From a virus (Duplodnaviria > Caudoviricetes), in IMG/VR virus record IMGVR_UViG_3300037840_000178, positions 1-58,733 of that record: DNA of 58,733 bases. One strand, 5' to 3'. Shown here one piece after another: positions 39,301 to 49,872 of this stretch. The notes beneath the pieces are model-generated. The model ran no database searches, was not told the DNA's origin, and worked only from the letters and a program-made list of their open reading frames with translations. A program made the translations under genes and the position numbers. How positions within the stretch are numbered: position 1 is the first letter of the stretch; the number at the start of each line of letters is the position of its first letter.

Positions 39301-39409
39301 GCCTCTTCCCCGAAACCCATACGGGCCATGGTCCAGGCGTACCAAAGACGCGTCCTGAAACTCACGCGAACGCGCCCGGCAAAGCGCCAGGAATTAATGA
39401 ATCGATGGA

Positions 39410-40336
39410 TCATATCGTCGCCCCTTCTCCTAGTTTCGCTTTACGCTCGTCATAGGCCCTTTTGAAGCGCCCGCGCTTATCATCATCTTTGGTTGACTTG
39501 TACGCTGACTCAAACGCGGACTTGAGGGAATCGAGGCTGTCGGCGGATTCGAGGGCTTTGATGTGGCGCGCGGTGTCGTCAACGATTGCGCCGCCGGCCG
39601 CCCATATCGCGATCTTTTTGCCTGATTCCTCGTCGATTGGTTGATCGAGCGGGAACATAGGTCTGTGCTGCGCTTGTAGCTTCACTGGCTTTGGCATTCC
39701 GGGAGCGTCGGCAGTTAAGAGAAAAGACGCAGTCAATTCGAAGGGTAGATTTTTTTCGCATATTAAAGACCACCCATCCAAACCAGTGCGAGTTACCTTT
39801 GGCACGATAACCATCTTGCCTGTCTTTTCATCACGCACCATCTCGCTTTTCTCTTCTGCACGAAATCCTAGAAGCAAATGAGCGCGCGATTGTAACAACC
39901 GTTGGACCATTTTCTTGTGCGACATCTTGGGTTTAATCCACGCCGCCATCTTGCACGCTTCGCGCTTCTTCCAATCATCGCCGGCCATGCGATCGAGCTC
40001 GGCTTCCTGCATCTCAAGAACGCCACCTTCGGATGCCCATACATGCGACATGGAATCCACTATGATGCAGGGATAGTGAGCGCCCTCCGCGGCACGAATC
40101 GCTTCAGTATATGCTTCTGGTGTGAAAGGTGGTTTCAGATCCCCAACGTCGAATCTAAACATGTCGCTATAATGGCGACTGCGGCCCGCTTCCGTATCGA
40201 TGACAGCGAAGGGCTTCTCGCCGCAGATCCCTGTAGCCATACGCATCAAGCTCATCGTCTTGCCAGCCCCGGTTCCACCGGCCACTCCGATAATGAGTCC
40301 AGTTTGCTCGCGAATCGCTGGCTTGAACTGGAACAC
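39410..40336 (-). CDS. AAA_24 / Sak4-like recombination ATPase
   Basis: Walker A GGTGAGKT, VIDTE, IIVDSMSHVW. Confidence 0.8.
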   Translation of the reverse strand: MFQFKPAIREQTGLIIGVAGGTGAGKTMSLMRMATGICGEKPFAVIDTEAGRSRHYSDMFRFDVGDLKPPFTPEAYTEAIRAAEGAHYPCIIVDSMSHVWASEGGVLEMQEAELDRMAGDDWKKREACKMAAWIKPKMSHKKMVQRLLQSRAHLLLGFRAEEKSEMVRDEKTGKMVIVPKVTRTGLDGWSLICEKNLPFELTASFLLTADAPGMPKPVKLQAQHRPMFPLDQPIDEESGKKIAIWAAGGAIVDDTARHIKALESADSLDSLKSAFESAYKSTKDDDKRGRFKRAYDERKAKLGEGATI

Positions 40337-40529
40337 GTCACTCTCCGATTTCAGCGATCACGACTTCCTCAACTGGATGCTGAAGCCGTTCAGCCGCAGC
40401 TCGCGCCATGGCCTCGTCGGTCCATCCGTTGCAGTAAGACCAACGATTGAGATTGGAATCCCACTTATATACGTAGAACATATCTGTCCCATCGCAGGAA
40501 TTTTGACCTTTGCGGATTTGTAATTTCAT

Positions 40530-41390
40530 TTACCAGTCTCCCGTGTGAGTATCGAGGTCGGCTAACTGATAGGCGGTCGGCTCTGCGTAGCAGATACTCG
40601 TCGGATATGCAGGCCATCGGTTATCGCGCATGCAGCGCTGCCACATACTGAGCGCTCGCTCAACTTTGAGCCGCGCCACTTCTTTGTACGCGTTTGATAA
40701 GCTAATGAGCGAGCACGAATAGGGCTCAGTAATTTCCTGGGCCAATAGGATAAATTCAGTTTGATGGCCAAGCGCCGCCATCCCGCGCGAATACCAAGAC
40801 GCCTGGACGTCATAGCCCATGCGCGGTATTTGCCTGATGAACACTTCCGGGTTCGCCGAGTCGGTTGTTTTGTAGTCGAGGCACACGCGTAGATCGGCGC
40901 TCAAGAGGTCCGGCCGCGCCTTGCACCACGTTTCCCCTTCCTGCCATACGACAGACCGCTCAGCGGCACCAGTCTCCAGGATGCCCGCAAGCTCCGTTTC
41001 ATTCAGGTACGCCTCTGCATGCGTCACCATCTTTTTCACCGCGACGAACTTGGGTTCTAGGATCGCGTATTTGCCTTGCGCATGCGCATCATCTCTAGCC
41101 TGTTTTGCCGCGTTCGTGCGCCAGTCGTTGGCTTGCACGATGACGATTTTGCTCTCATCGCGCTCGAGGAAAATCGCGTGGGCGATGCTTCCGATATCGG
41201 CACGCGAATCGGTTTCTCGTTGATAGTTTGGATTTAGGCGCGAGTGATTCATCCATCCGTGCAAAGGACTTTGCTGCAGCAAAATATTTAGGATGCTGGA
41301 CGATAAACTCGGCGTGGGAGCCGGATCGCTATGATAGGTATCGGCGTCGAACGAATAGATACCTGGCTTTAGATTAACGATGCCGCTCAC
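40530..41390 (-). CDS. PD-(D/E)XK exonuclease (RecE/exonuclease VIII-like)
   Basis: YH....LSSS, GSIAH, KARPD, DYKTT, YDVQASWY. Confidence 0.85.
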   Translation of the reverse strand: MSGIVNLKPGIYSFDADTYHSDPAPTPSLSSSILNILLQQSPLHGWMNHSRLNPNYQRETDSRADIGSIAHAIFLERDESKIVIVQANDWRTNAAKQARDDAHAQGKYAILEPKFVAVKKMVTHAEAYLNETELAGILETGAAERSVVWQEGETWCKARPDLLSADLRVCLDYKTTDSANPEVFIRQIPRMGYDVQASWYSRGMAALGHQTEFILLAQEITEPYSCSLISLSNAYKEVARLKVERALSMWQRCMRDNRWPAYPTSICYAEPTAYQLADLDTHTGDW

Positions 41391-41725
41391 GCTCTTTCTC
41401 CTTCTTGTTCAAAACCTGCCGCCGCATGGCTTCGATCTCGTCGCGGTCGAACGGGCACTTACCGTTGATGTGAAGCTTCAACTCAAAGCCGCATTCGCAA
41501 ACGTTCTCAGTGATGCGGTTCCAGAGGTAGCTACTCATTGCCGTATTTCTTTGAATAATACTCTCGGCACTTGTCTTGAATCTGATTCAATAGAACTACG
41601 CCGATGAGTGCTTGCGTCCAATCGATTTTAAACAGCCATACACACAACCACGCGAGTCCAACCGAAATACCTAATATTAGGTATGCAGCAAGCGTGGTTA
41701 CGGCAATTTCTTTCATAGCTGGCTG

Positions 41726-41753
41726 TTGACTCTTTTCGCGAACGGTTTATAGT
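41726..41753 (+). promoter_or_regulatory. Putative sigma70 promoter TTGACT-16-TATAGT at the strand divergence point
   Basis: -35 41726-41731, -10 41748-41753, upstream of the RuvC-like gene. Confidence 0.55.
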
Positions 41754-41794
41754 GAAGCATACCAAGCGGCTAAAGTAAATAGCGGGTTGCTAAC

Positions 41795-42274
41795 TTGATA
41801 CACATTGGAATCGATCCGGGATTGACGGGTGGAATCGGCGCCATCGACGATCAAGCGAACCTCATTCTTTGCGCAGACCTTCCTGTGATAAAGCATGGGA
41901 AACTCGCCTGGATCGATGCAAACGATTTGACTGACCTTTTGATGTCAGCTCGCCAAGGGCGCGCAGCTCGCATCATCATTGAGCGCTCTCAGCCCATGCC
42001 GGGCCAAGGCGTCTCATCGACCTTTTGCATTGGGGTGGTGCTAGGCTCCATTCTCGCCGCCTGCCAGCGGATTGCCGTGCCTTTGGATCTAGTGAGTGCC
42101 GCAGCCTGGAAAAACGCGATGGGGCTTGACTCGCAGAAATCCACGTCCCTTGATCGCGCGCGGCTTTTATTTCCTACGGCCGAATTGGATCGCAAGAAAG
42201 ACCATAATCGCGCCGAAAGTTTGTTGCTTTGCGAGTTCTCACGCCGCCAGTGGGCTGGGAAAGAGGCAGCATGA
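41795..42274 (+). CDS. RuvC-like Holliday junction resolvase
   Basis: IGIDPGLTG, IIE, PGQGVSSTF, WK, RAES. Confidence 0.85.
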   Translation: MIHIGIDPGLTGGIGAIDDQANLILCADLPVIKHGKLAWIDANDLTDLLMSARQGRAARIIIERSQPMPGQGVSSTFCIGVVLGSILAACQRIAVPLDLVSAAAWKNAMGLDSQKSTSLDRARLLFPTAELDRKKDHNRAESLLLCEFSRRQWAGKEAA

Positions 42275-44521
42275 ATCGCATCGAAAAAAGAGCGCTCATA
42301 GATAGGGGTATTTGCTACCAGTGCGGCGGTCCGTTAGAGGATTTCTGTGGCACAAAGGCATGTCACAATTGCCGCATAACTCCCGACGCGCCAACCGATG
42401 AAGAATTGGTCGCGCGCGCGCAGTTCTGGAAAGATTGGAAAATAAGGAATAGCGCATGAGGGGCTACGGCTCGAAAAAGGTGCCCAAGGGCGCGAGCACG
42501 CGAAACTTTGCGCTCTTGAGTGCATCCGATCAAAAGGATAGCGTGCGCAAACTCAAGGCGTCTGGCCTGACAAATGCGGCTATCGCTCAGTTGAGCGGGC
42601 TAAGTGTGCAAGAGGTGGATGATATGCTGCCCTTTGGCCTCGCCGCGCCAAAACGCGAAGGCACGACCGTTTGCCGATATTGCTATTTCACGCCGGATAA
42701 ATGCATTTGCGATGGAGAGAAGACAATATGAGGACATTCACCCCTATCTGCGAGTACCACGTTGACGGTTACCCAGAGGCCAAAATGATTGAGGCCCCTA
42801 ACGGCGCCTACGTGCTTAAGTCTGCCTATGATCGTTTGGCTGTTGCGCTGAGATATATCCGCGACGGAGCCTACGGTGAGTTCTATGTGGAAGGCCGCGG
42901 CGATGTACTGGAGCAGTACTGTGAGGAAGCACTACAGGAGAAAAGCGAATGAAAATCGCCGACGACAAACAGAAGCACGTTCCCCTCCATCCGATTGAGT
43001 TTGCGACTCTTCCCCAAATCACTAATACGGTGCGCGTCGTGCTGGACATCGAAGTCCACCAATCGCATTGGATGGCGGGAAGCAATATTCGTCGCTTTAC
43101 CTGCATAAGAGAAGTGCCGCCAGAGGCCGTGGGGTGTTCCAGGCTCTTTGCGTGTGGTATCGAATTGCCGCTCTTTTTTGACGCGATTGATAGCGTGTGG
43201 CGAGCGAAAAAAAGAATCGAATTATCTTACGGCGTCTACTACCACGCACCGAAAATACTGGAGCACCTGACCAAAGCTCCATGGCATGAGGAACCTTATA
43301 TATGAAAATCACCGATGACGAACGTGAAGCCGCCTACGAGTTGAAGTGGATGATCGATGAGATACTGCGCGAGCGTGAGCGTGCTGTTCTATTCCGAGAA
43401 GTGTTCGTCCAGCAACTCGCCAAGGGGCACGGGCACATGCTCGCTGTTCAAGCGGCACGAGATGCTATTGCTGCCATGGAAAGCGCCTTTGCACCCATCT
43501 GTGAGGCATGCCGTGAAGAAAACGCCGTCACGCAGCAAAAAGCCAACTAAGCGCAAAGCACCGACAACGGCGCAGATGGTCGGCCGCATCCCAAAGTGGC
43601 TGCTGGGCTTTGAGCAGCGCATCAATGAGCGGCTGAAATCGTATCAACTGCAGCTCGATCTGATTCACAACCGACTGAATGTGATGCTGAATAGCTCAAA
43701 GGAAGCGCGCGAGGACAACTTGGCGACGCTGCCGGCGATCCGCGAGGCGGTCCATGATTGTGTCCAGCTCATGCACCTCTACCAGACGCATTTTGACGAA
43801 TTGACTGCACGGCTTGCGCTCGATAAGCCGATTGAGCGCCTAATGGTCAATCCAAAGCCGCGGGAGGCCATGTCGACGTATGCGCCGCGCTGCGCCGACA
43901 CGCGCAAGCCCGAAGGTGTGCCGGAAACGACACAGTGGCAAACGATGCGGGCGCCATTTGATCCTGAGAAATTCGCCGCGGATGCGCTCAATCGCGCATT
44001 CTCACCCTCGGCGCCATGCTCATTCGCGCACCTTCATCGCCATGGAATCAAATGCGCCGTGTGCGAGGTGACGCCGTGAGTGCGTGGCGTCGAACTACAA
44101 TCGACGGACATGTGCTCGAGTTCAAGATGGATTTGGCAAGCGCGGAGATGCGTGACGCAATTCTAGATTTTTGCGCATGGGCGGAAGGATCGCTTCCCAT
44201 GCCAGTTCACCCTTCCGTTGCGCGCCTCATGCTCCTTGGGCGCGAGATCAATGCGGTACCGCGTCATGCCAATACCTGCTCGAATCAGAACGCCCTGCAC
44301 CCGTGGGGTGCCTACATGGATGCGAAGAAGTGCGGATGCTTCACCCCGAAGCCGTGAAAAACGAACCACAACGCTCCACAAACGACGATCTCATTGCGGC
44401 CCTCGCAACCTACGCCCGTGGCCTAAAAGCCGCCCTTGAGGCTTATGCGGAGCACCGTGAGGATTGCGCGTGGCATGAGTATTATCCGTGTACGTGTGGG
44501 CTTGAGAGGCATTTGGCGTAA
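42271..44521 (+). other. Array of small coupled hypothetical ORFs (several Zn-finger-like)
   Basis: Successive ATGA/GTGA overlaps; no function recognised. Confidence 0.55.
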
Positions 44522-45220
44522 AGGCGGCAACGGTGGAGGCGCGCTTGGATGGCCCCTTCATCCGCGAAGAGTAGGCTTGCCGGCTGCCTGGTCCCAGTCG
44601 TACACCGCTACGACTTCCTCGTCAGCGTCTTCTACTCTGGCGACTTCAGGGACATATGTCGGCCGCAGCGCGAAGGACTTCAGGCGCTTGCGCGCATAGT
44701 AAAGGGGCGAGGCGTAGGAGGCTCTCTGCAAGGTCTCCATGCCGGACAGTTCCGTATCGGTGCGGAAGTACTCTGCGATCACTGTATATGGCCCCTTCAT
44801 AGACCCGCCTTTGCGAGCGCTGCGCGCAGGTGCAGTACAAGTTTGTCGGTTGCGTGAATTGCGCCAGTGTTGTCTAGCCATCGTACGACGTCGCGCAGTG
44901 CTTCGGCCATCTCGAACGCAGCGGCAAGTATTTTCGCGGTTTCCTCAGCTTCCGGCACGCTGTCAGACGCATTGACGTGGGCGATAACAAGGCCGTCTTT
45001 GGCGATTGAGATGACCTTGCGTAGCGGATAGGCTTCGGTATCGAAGCGATTGGAAATTATGACGCCACTCATCGCACATCCTCCGCAACATACTTAGAGC
45101 GCTTGGTGGGGACTTTCTGCCAGCGCTGCAGGCGGTTGGACTTCGCGCGGCGCTTGGCACGGATTTGACGCTTGGTGAATTTCATTGCTCGTGACCTCTG
45201 GTTGGTTGATCGACGGTGCC

Positions 45221-45249
45221 ATTAGATACCAAGCCGCTTGCTGTGTCAA
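45221..45249 (-). promoter_or_regulatory. Putative sigma70 promoter TTGACA-17-TCTAAT with palindromic operator in the spacer
   Basis: -35 45244-45249, -10 45221-45226; CAAGCCGCTTG at 45230-45240. Confidence 0.55.
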
Positions 45250-45324
45250 TAGGCCGATGCGATTTATTTTGAGCCACGCGACATAATTCTTGCAAATATT
45301 ACCAATTGGTGCGATCATTTTACA

Positions 45325-45507
45325 ATGATAGAAGATAGAAAATGGCTGCGTGGCGTCATTGGCCGGCCACTAGCTGAAGTTGAAAGGGAGATCATCGAGG
45401 CGACGTTGCTGGCTTTTTGGGGCGATAAGCGGCGAACTGCCGAGATCCTTGGGATATCCCTCAAAACGCTGTATAACAAACTGAACGCCTACAAACGCGC
45501 CGCTTGA
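45325..45507 (+). CDS. Stand-alone Fis-type helix-turn-helix protein
   Basis: LAEVEREII..L....GDK..TAEILGISLKTLYNKL. Confidence 0.85.
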   Translation: MIEDRKWLRGVIGRPLAEVEREIIEATLLAFWGDKRRTAEILGISLKTLYNKLNAYKRAA

Positions 45508-45508
45508 A

Positions 45509-46591
45509 GTGGCCGCCACAATCCAGACGCCAGACTCCTGGCGCGAGTATGCGGACCTTCCGCCCGAAGGAAAGGCAAATGGCGCTATTGAGCGTGCTGC
45601 GCAGCCGATTGTGCTGCGGCCAATTCATGAAATTGTGGCCGAGCAGCGCGAGCCGCAATGGCTGATCCATAAAATCATTGAGCGTGACGTGCTAGCGGTT
45701 CTCGCTGGCCCGCGGGGCACATTCAAAAGCTTTGTGGCGCTCGATTGGGCGATGCGCATGGCGCTGGATGGTCATCCTGGAGTCATGCTCTCAGGGGAAG
45801 GTGGGGGACTTGATCGGCGTGTGGCGGCCTGGATGATTCAACATCGGCCTGATTATGATCTGTCGCAAATCCCGTTGATTGCCCTCGAGCGCGCCGTCAA
45901 TCTCACGGTCGCGGTTCAGATGGGCCACTTATCCGAAGCCATCCATGCATTACCCAATGAGCAGCGGCCGGCCTTCATCGTCATCGACACCTTGTCCAAA
46001 TTCTCAGCGGGCCTCGATGAGAACGACAATGGCCAGGTCGCGGCATTCTTGGGCGCCCTCACGCACGAGCTGCGCGAGGAGTTCAAATGCACTGTGCTTC
46101 TCGTCGCCCATTCAGGGCACGGGGATGCCAAGCGGCCACGCGGCGCAAGCGCCCTGATGTGCAACCCAGATGTCGAGTACATCGTCACGCGCCCGGATCC
46201 CACCGCCATGACGGTGAGCGTGAGCCGCGAGCGATTCAAGGACACCGCATCGCTTCCACCTCTGGGATACGAGGCGAATGTGATCGATTTGGGACGCCAG
46301 GATAGCTATGGTGAGCCAGTCACCTCGCTCGCCCTCATTGCGGGCGATGCGCCCGTGACGGCGATGTCGAAGTACCGAGGGCGCAATCAAGACAAGCTAG
46401 CCATCGCACTCAAGGAGTGGCACCGCAGCAATCCTGATGCGCTCCTCATCAGCAGCATCGACTTGGATGCCATTTTGAAGACCCAGAAGTTCGACCGCAA
46501 GCGCCGGCGCGAGGTGTTAGATGCGTTCGTTAATGCCCGCATTTTAAGCCACGCAACGGGCGGTTATACCTTCCATCCCGATTATCTCTAA
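45509..46591 (+). CDS. AAA_25 / RepA-like SF4 helicase
   Basis: Walker A GPRGTFKS, Walker B FIVIDT, DEND, VAHSG, RGASAL. Confidence 0.85.
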   Translation: MAATIQTPDSWREYADLPPEGKANGAIERAAQPIVLRPIHEIVAEQREPQWLIHKIIERDVLAVLAGPRGTFKSFVALDWAMRMALDGHPGVMLSGEGGGLDRRVAAWMIQHRPDYDLSQIPLIALERAVNLTVAVQMGHLSEAIHALPNEQRPAFIVIDTLSKFSAGLDENDNGQVAAFLGALTHELREEFKCTVLLVAHSGHGDAKRPRGASALMCNPDVEYIVTRPDPTAMTVSVSRERFKDTASLPPLGYEANVIDLGRQDSYGEPVTSLALIAGDAPVTAMSKYRGRNQDKLAIALKEWHRSNPDALLISSIDLDAILKTQKFDRKRRREVLDAFVNARILSHATGGYTFHPDYL

Positions 46592-46594
46592 AAA

Positions 46595-46842
46595 CGTCCG
46601 AAAGCGTCCGAAACCTTCAGGAAGTGCCCCGGTTAGCGTCCGAAAGTAAAAATGCGACATTTCGGACGCCTCAAATGCGACATGGTATTTTTCAAATTGA
46701 CCAATCAGGCGCCTAGTAAGCCTGTCCGAATGTCCGAAAGCGTCCGAAACCTCACTTTCGGACGCAAGTGACAGTGTCCGAAACGTCCGAGGGGCCTAGT
46801 AAGGCCCTCGGTTCGGACGCACTTCGGACATTCGTTCGGACG
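46595..46842. repeat. Iteron cluster (GTCCGA core, 8 forward + 5 reverse copies), probable replication origin
   Basis: Copies counted directly; lies immediately after the helicase stop. Confidence 0.75.
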
Positions 46843-46888
46843 CCGGAAAGTGGCCTATTTGAGATAATGATTTTACTATCGGCGCCTC

Positions 46889-47086
46889 ATGCCACGGCAG
46901 ACGCATCTTGTCGTCCCAATCCGGCCAGACATCAAAGCTGAGCTCGATCTTGAAGCGTGGCAGCTGCGGCTCACCCTTGCGGCTTACGTGCGCCAAATCT
47001 TGGAGCGCAGTCGCACGCCAGATGGCCGTGTCCGCGTCTGGGCGAAGATGCGCAAGCGCGGGCGGCCGAAGCGCAGTGCAACATGA
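46889..47086 (+). CDS. Ribbon-helix-helix-like regulator with AT-hook-like tail
   Basis: HLVVPI.P..K..L..EA....LAAYVRQIL; KRGRPK. Confidence 0.5.
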   Translation: MPRQTHLVVPIRPDIKAELDLEAWQLRLTLAAYVRQILERSRTPDGRVRVWAKMRKRGRPKRSAT

Positions 47087-47460
47087 ACTGCTCTCATACT
47101 AAGCCGTTTGCCTACAGTAATAATCAACCATCGAGACACTCATGTATTCGTAACTCATTGATTAATAATGGTTGATGCAATGCAACTTCGCATAATATCC
47201 AGTAAGTTAAATGCGATTGATGGGTGATGCCGAGCTCGGGCGCGCGTGCTCGAGCCCATGGAATCGCACCATCCTGGCGTGAAACGGCCAGCTAATAGGT
47301 GGGCTCGATTTCGAGGTGGTGGGAGCCCCCTTTGGCGACGATTTGAGCCTCCTGGTACCGGGCCTGTGCGCCGCAACTACACAGCAAAGGTACCGCACTA
47401 GATGCCCTATCCTACCCCTTCCTATTGCTTCCTATGGGCATCCAGGCTATGGTTCGTGTC

Positions 47461-47637
47461 ATGGCATCAGCGAGAAAGCAGGTTGTCACCTACGTGGATC
47501 CGATGACGCATGAGTGGTTGGCGACGCAGGCGAAGGAGCAGCACCGTTCGCTGTCGCAATTTCTCTCGTTGATGCTAAAGCGCTGGGCCGAGGGTGAGCG
47601 ATCGAGGGCAACTGAAGGGGCGAGCAATGGGGACTAG
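47461..47637 (+). CDS. Ribbon-helix-helix-like regulator
   Basis: KQVVTYVD....WL...AKE..RSLSQFL. Confidence 0.6.
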   Translation: MASARKQVVTYVDPMTHEWLATQAKEQHRSLSQFLSLMLKRWAEGERSRATEGASNGD

Positions 47638-47866
47638 AATCTATCGAGTCACGAACAAACACTCAGGCGATGTGCGGCGCTACGTGCGGGCGAATACCTT
47701 AAACGCCGCGGTGCGCTCATATGCCAACGAAGTGTTTGAAGCGGCGCCTGTGACGACCGATGAGCTTTATCAGGCGATGAATGCGGACGGGTTCGATGTG
47801 CTCGATGCCGTAAGCCCTGAGCAGTTGGCTCTAGGGGGGGCTCGAGCAATGAGTAAATCCGCATGA
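47627..47866 (+). CDS. Hypothetical phage protein
   Basis: RIYRV..RYVRA....AAVR; coupled array. Confidence 0.55.
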   Translation: MGTRIYRVTNKHSGDVRRYVRANTLNAAVRSYANEVFEAAPVTTDELYQAMNADGFDVLDAVSPEQLALGGARAMSKSA

Positions 47867-48060
47867 GCAACTCCGACTGGGTGCCGACAGCGAGGCTGCG
47901 ATTCGTTAAGCGTGAGATTCCAGGCGTCGAGGGCGGCGTGCCCGCGTACACGCTTCGGATCTTGCAGCAATACTGGGCGCAGGATGTTCCTGGCTACATG
48001 CGCAAGAGCGCTGAAGGTGGCTGGCGCGACGTTGAGATTGAGGAAGAGACGGCGCCGTGA
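47863..48060 (+). CDS. Small hypothetical protein, paralog of 14301..14501
   Basis: WVPTARLRFVKR..ILQQYW..GGWRDV. Confidence 0.6.
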   Translation: MSNSDWVPTARLRFVKREIPGVEGGVPAYTLRILQQYWAQDVPGYMRKSAEGGWRDVEIEEETAP

Positions 48061-48618
48061 ACGAGGAATTAACGTTAGCTAATCTAGCTCCTGGCGAACT
48101 GCAGTTCTCAGCCTCCTCTGGCGAAGCCGTGATTACTATCAAGCCCGACGGCGTGGTTCTCTGGCGCGGGCGCGAAATCGAAACTGACCAAGATTTTCGC
48201 TCAGCCATGATGGATCTTGCGAAGGAGATTTCTAGATGGAGCGGCCGGTGAACCCAACCCCGCAAGGCACCGTTATCCTATGCGCGGATGGGCATGAAGT
48301 CGCTGAGCTTCTGCGCGAGCTTCATTTGGGCGAACTGCATTGGACAGATGCGATCGGTCGCTGGCGCGACGGTCAATCGGTGCCGAAGTTGGGCGCTCCA
48401 CAGCCGCTCCTTTGTCACTGCGGTGCGCCGTACTTCGAGCACGATGAGTTCCCGTATATGCGATGGCCAGAAGATGACCAAGAGAGCCGTCATGCGCTCG
48501 AATCTAGTTGTGATGAGTGCGCCATTGTGGACGGGGAATGCTTGAATTGCGGCTGGCTGCGCATCGACAACGCCGTGTTCGTGATCTATCCACCGATCCG
48601 CATCAGGGATGATGTGCA

Positions 48619-48984
48619 ATGAGTATGCGCTGCCCGATGGATTGGGAGATTTACAGGCGTCCGGCTTGGACCGATCCATCGGATATGGGCGATCGCTGCA
48701 ACGGGAATCTCATCATCCCGTCGCGCGAGATGTGCATTGTGTTCTCGAACGGCGAAGGCTGGGAGCACGTCTCAGTGAGCATCAAGGGCCGCTGCCCGAC
48801 GTGGGACGAGATGGAGCTTGTGAAGCGCCGATTCTGGGACGATGACGACACCGTCATGCAATTGCACGTGCCGCCGAAGGATCATCGCAACTGCCACCCC
48901 CATTGCCTGCACCTCTGGCGCCCCACCGACCGGGAGATACCACGACCGCCAGGGATTTTCGTAGCGCCTGCAGAAGTTGCCTGA
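48619..48984 (+). CDS. Conserved His-rich phage protein
   Basis: GWEHVSVS..RCPTWDEM..HP.CLHLWRP. Confidence 0.7.
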   Translation: MSMRCPMDWEIYRRPAWTDPSDMGDRCNGNLIIPSREMCIVFSNGEGWEHVSVSIKGRCPTWDEMELVKRRFWDDDDTVMQLHVPPKDHRNCHPHCLHLWRPTDREIPRPPGIFVAPAEVA

Positions 48985-49293
48985 TTTGCCTCCCACGCGC
49001 TAATCTTGCGCGCATGAGAATCAAGCGGCACTACTTCGAGAGCGGCAAGTTCGCCGGCCTTGTGATTTTCTGGCGAAACTACCGCTATCGCACCTACGTT
49101 CATCTCGTCACCAATTGGCACAATTACCCGAAGGACAAGCCGCGCTGGCTGACTTCTAAGCCATGGTGGCATAGGGGCGGCTTGATGCTGATCACCTCTC
49201 GTATCGAATGGGAGACGATTCTATGGGTCGGGTCGCCTGAGAGTTACGCAATCTCGCGCGGTGAGATCGCGGACAATCTCTACGCGAGTCGCC

Positions 49294-49872
49294 ATGAGTG
49301 ACGATCCTCCCGTAGTCACCGATATCACCGACGCTGTCCCGAGGCGTTCTCGGCGTCTTTCCGTCATGCCGACACTTCCCGGCATCAGTCCGCAAGAGCG
49401 CAAGGACCTGATGCAATTCATGAAGGCCGAGCTCGAGTCGATTGGCCGGGCGTACCAGGAGCGCGAGGAGCTGATCAAATCGGGGGGCGAGCACCCGATG
49501 CTATTGTACGCGAAGCTCGTCCACAACCACGCCGCGATGGGGCTGCCGATTCCGCAAATCTGTAAGCTCCTCGGCATCTCGCGCCCCGTGCTCGAGCGCT
49601 GGTACTCCGAGGATCTTGAGTTAGGCGTCGCGCAGATCAACTTGCGCATCGCCTCGAACGTCGCGAGGAAGGCGCTCTCGGATGATCCGGATGCGGCGAA
49701 GATAGGGCTCGACTGGTTGGACCGGCGAGGTGGTGATGGGTGGAGGAAGTCGACGCAGAAGATTGAGATGGAGGAGACCAAGCCGCCGATCATCGATTCC
49801 TCAAAACTCACCCCCGAGGAACGAGATCAATTGCGCGCAATCGTCACCCGCATCACGCAAACTGACGAGTGA
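49294..49872 (+). CDS. terS: Terminase small subunit
   Basis: HTH (GLP..QICKLLGIS..L...Y..DL) directly upstream of and overlapping TerL. Confidence 0.7.
   Translation: MSDDPPVVTDITDAVPRRSRRLSVMPTLPGISPQERKDLMQFMKAELESIGRAYQEREELIKSGGEHPMLLYAKLVHNHAAMGLPIPQICKLLGISRPVLERWYSEDLELGVAQINLRIASNVARKALSDDPDAAKIGLDWLDRRGGDGWRKSTQKIEMEETKPPIIDSSKLTPEERDQLRAIVTRITQTDE

Noticed and set aside
46595-46842. CRISPR array
   Set aside because: Repeats are 6-10 bp, in both orientations, irregularly spaced; no cas genes.
47230-47400. tRNA or known ncRNA in the intergenic gap
   Set aside because: No cloverleaf, T-loop consensus or CCA end could be found by eye.
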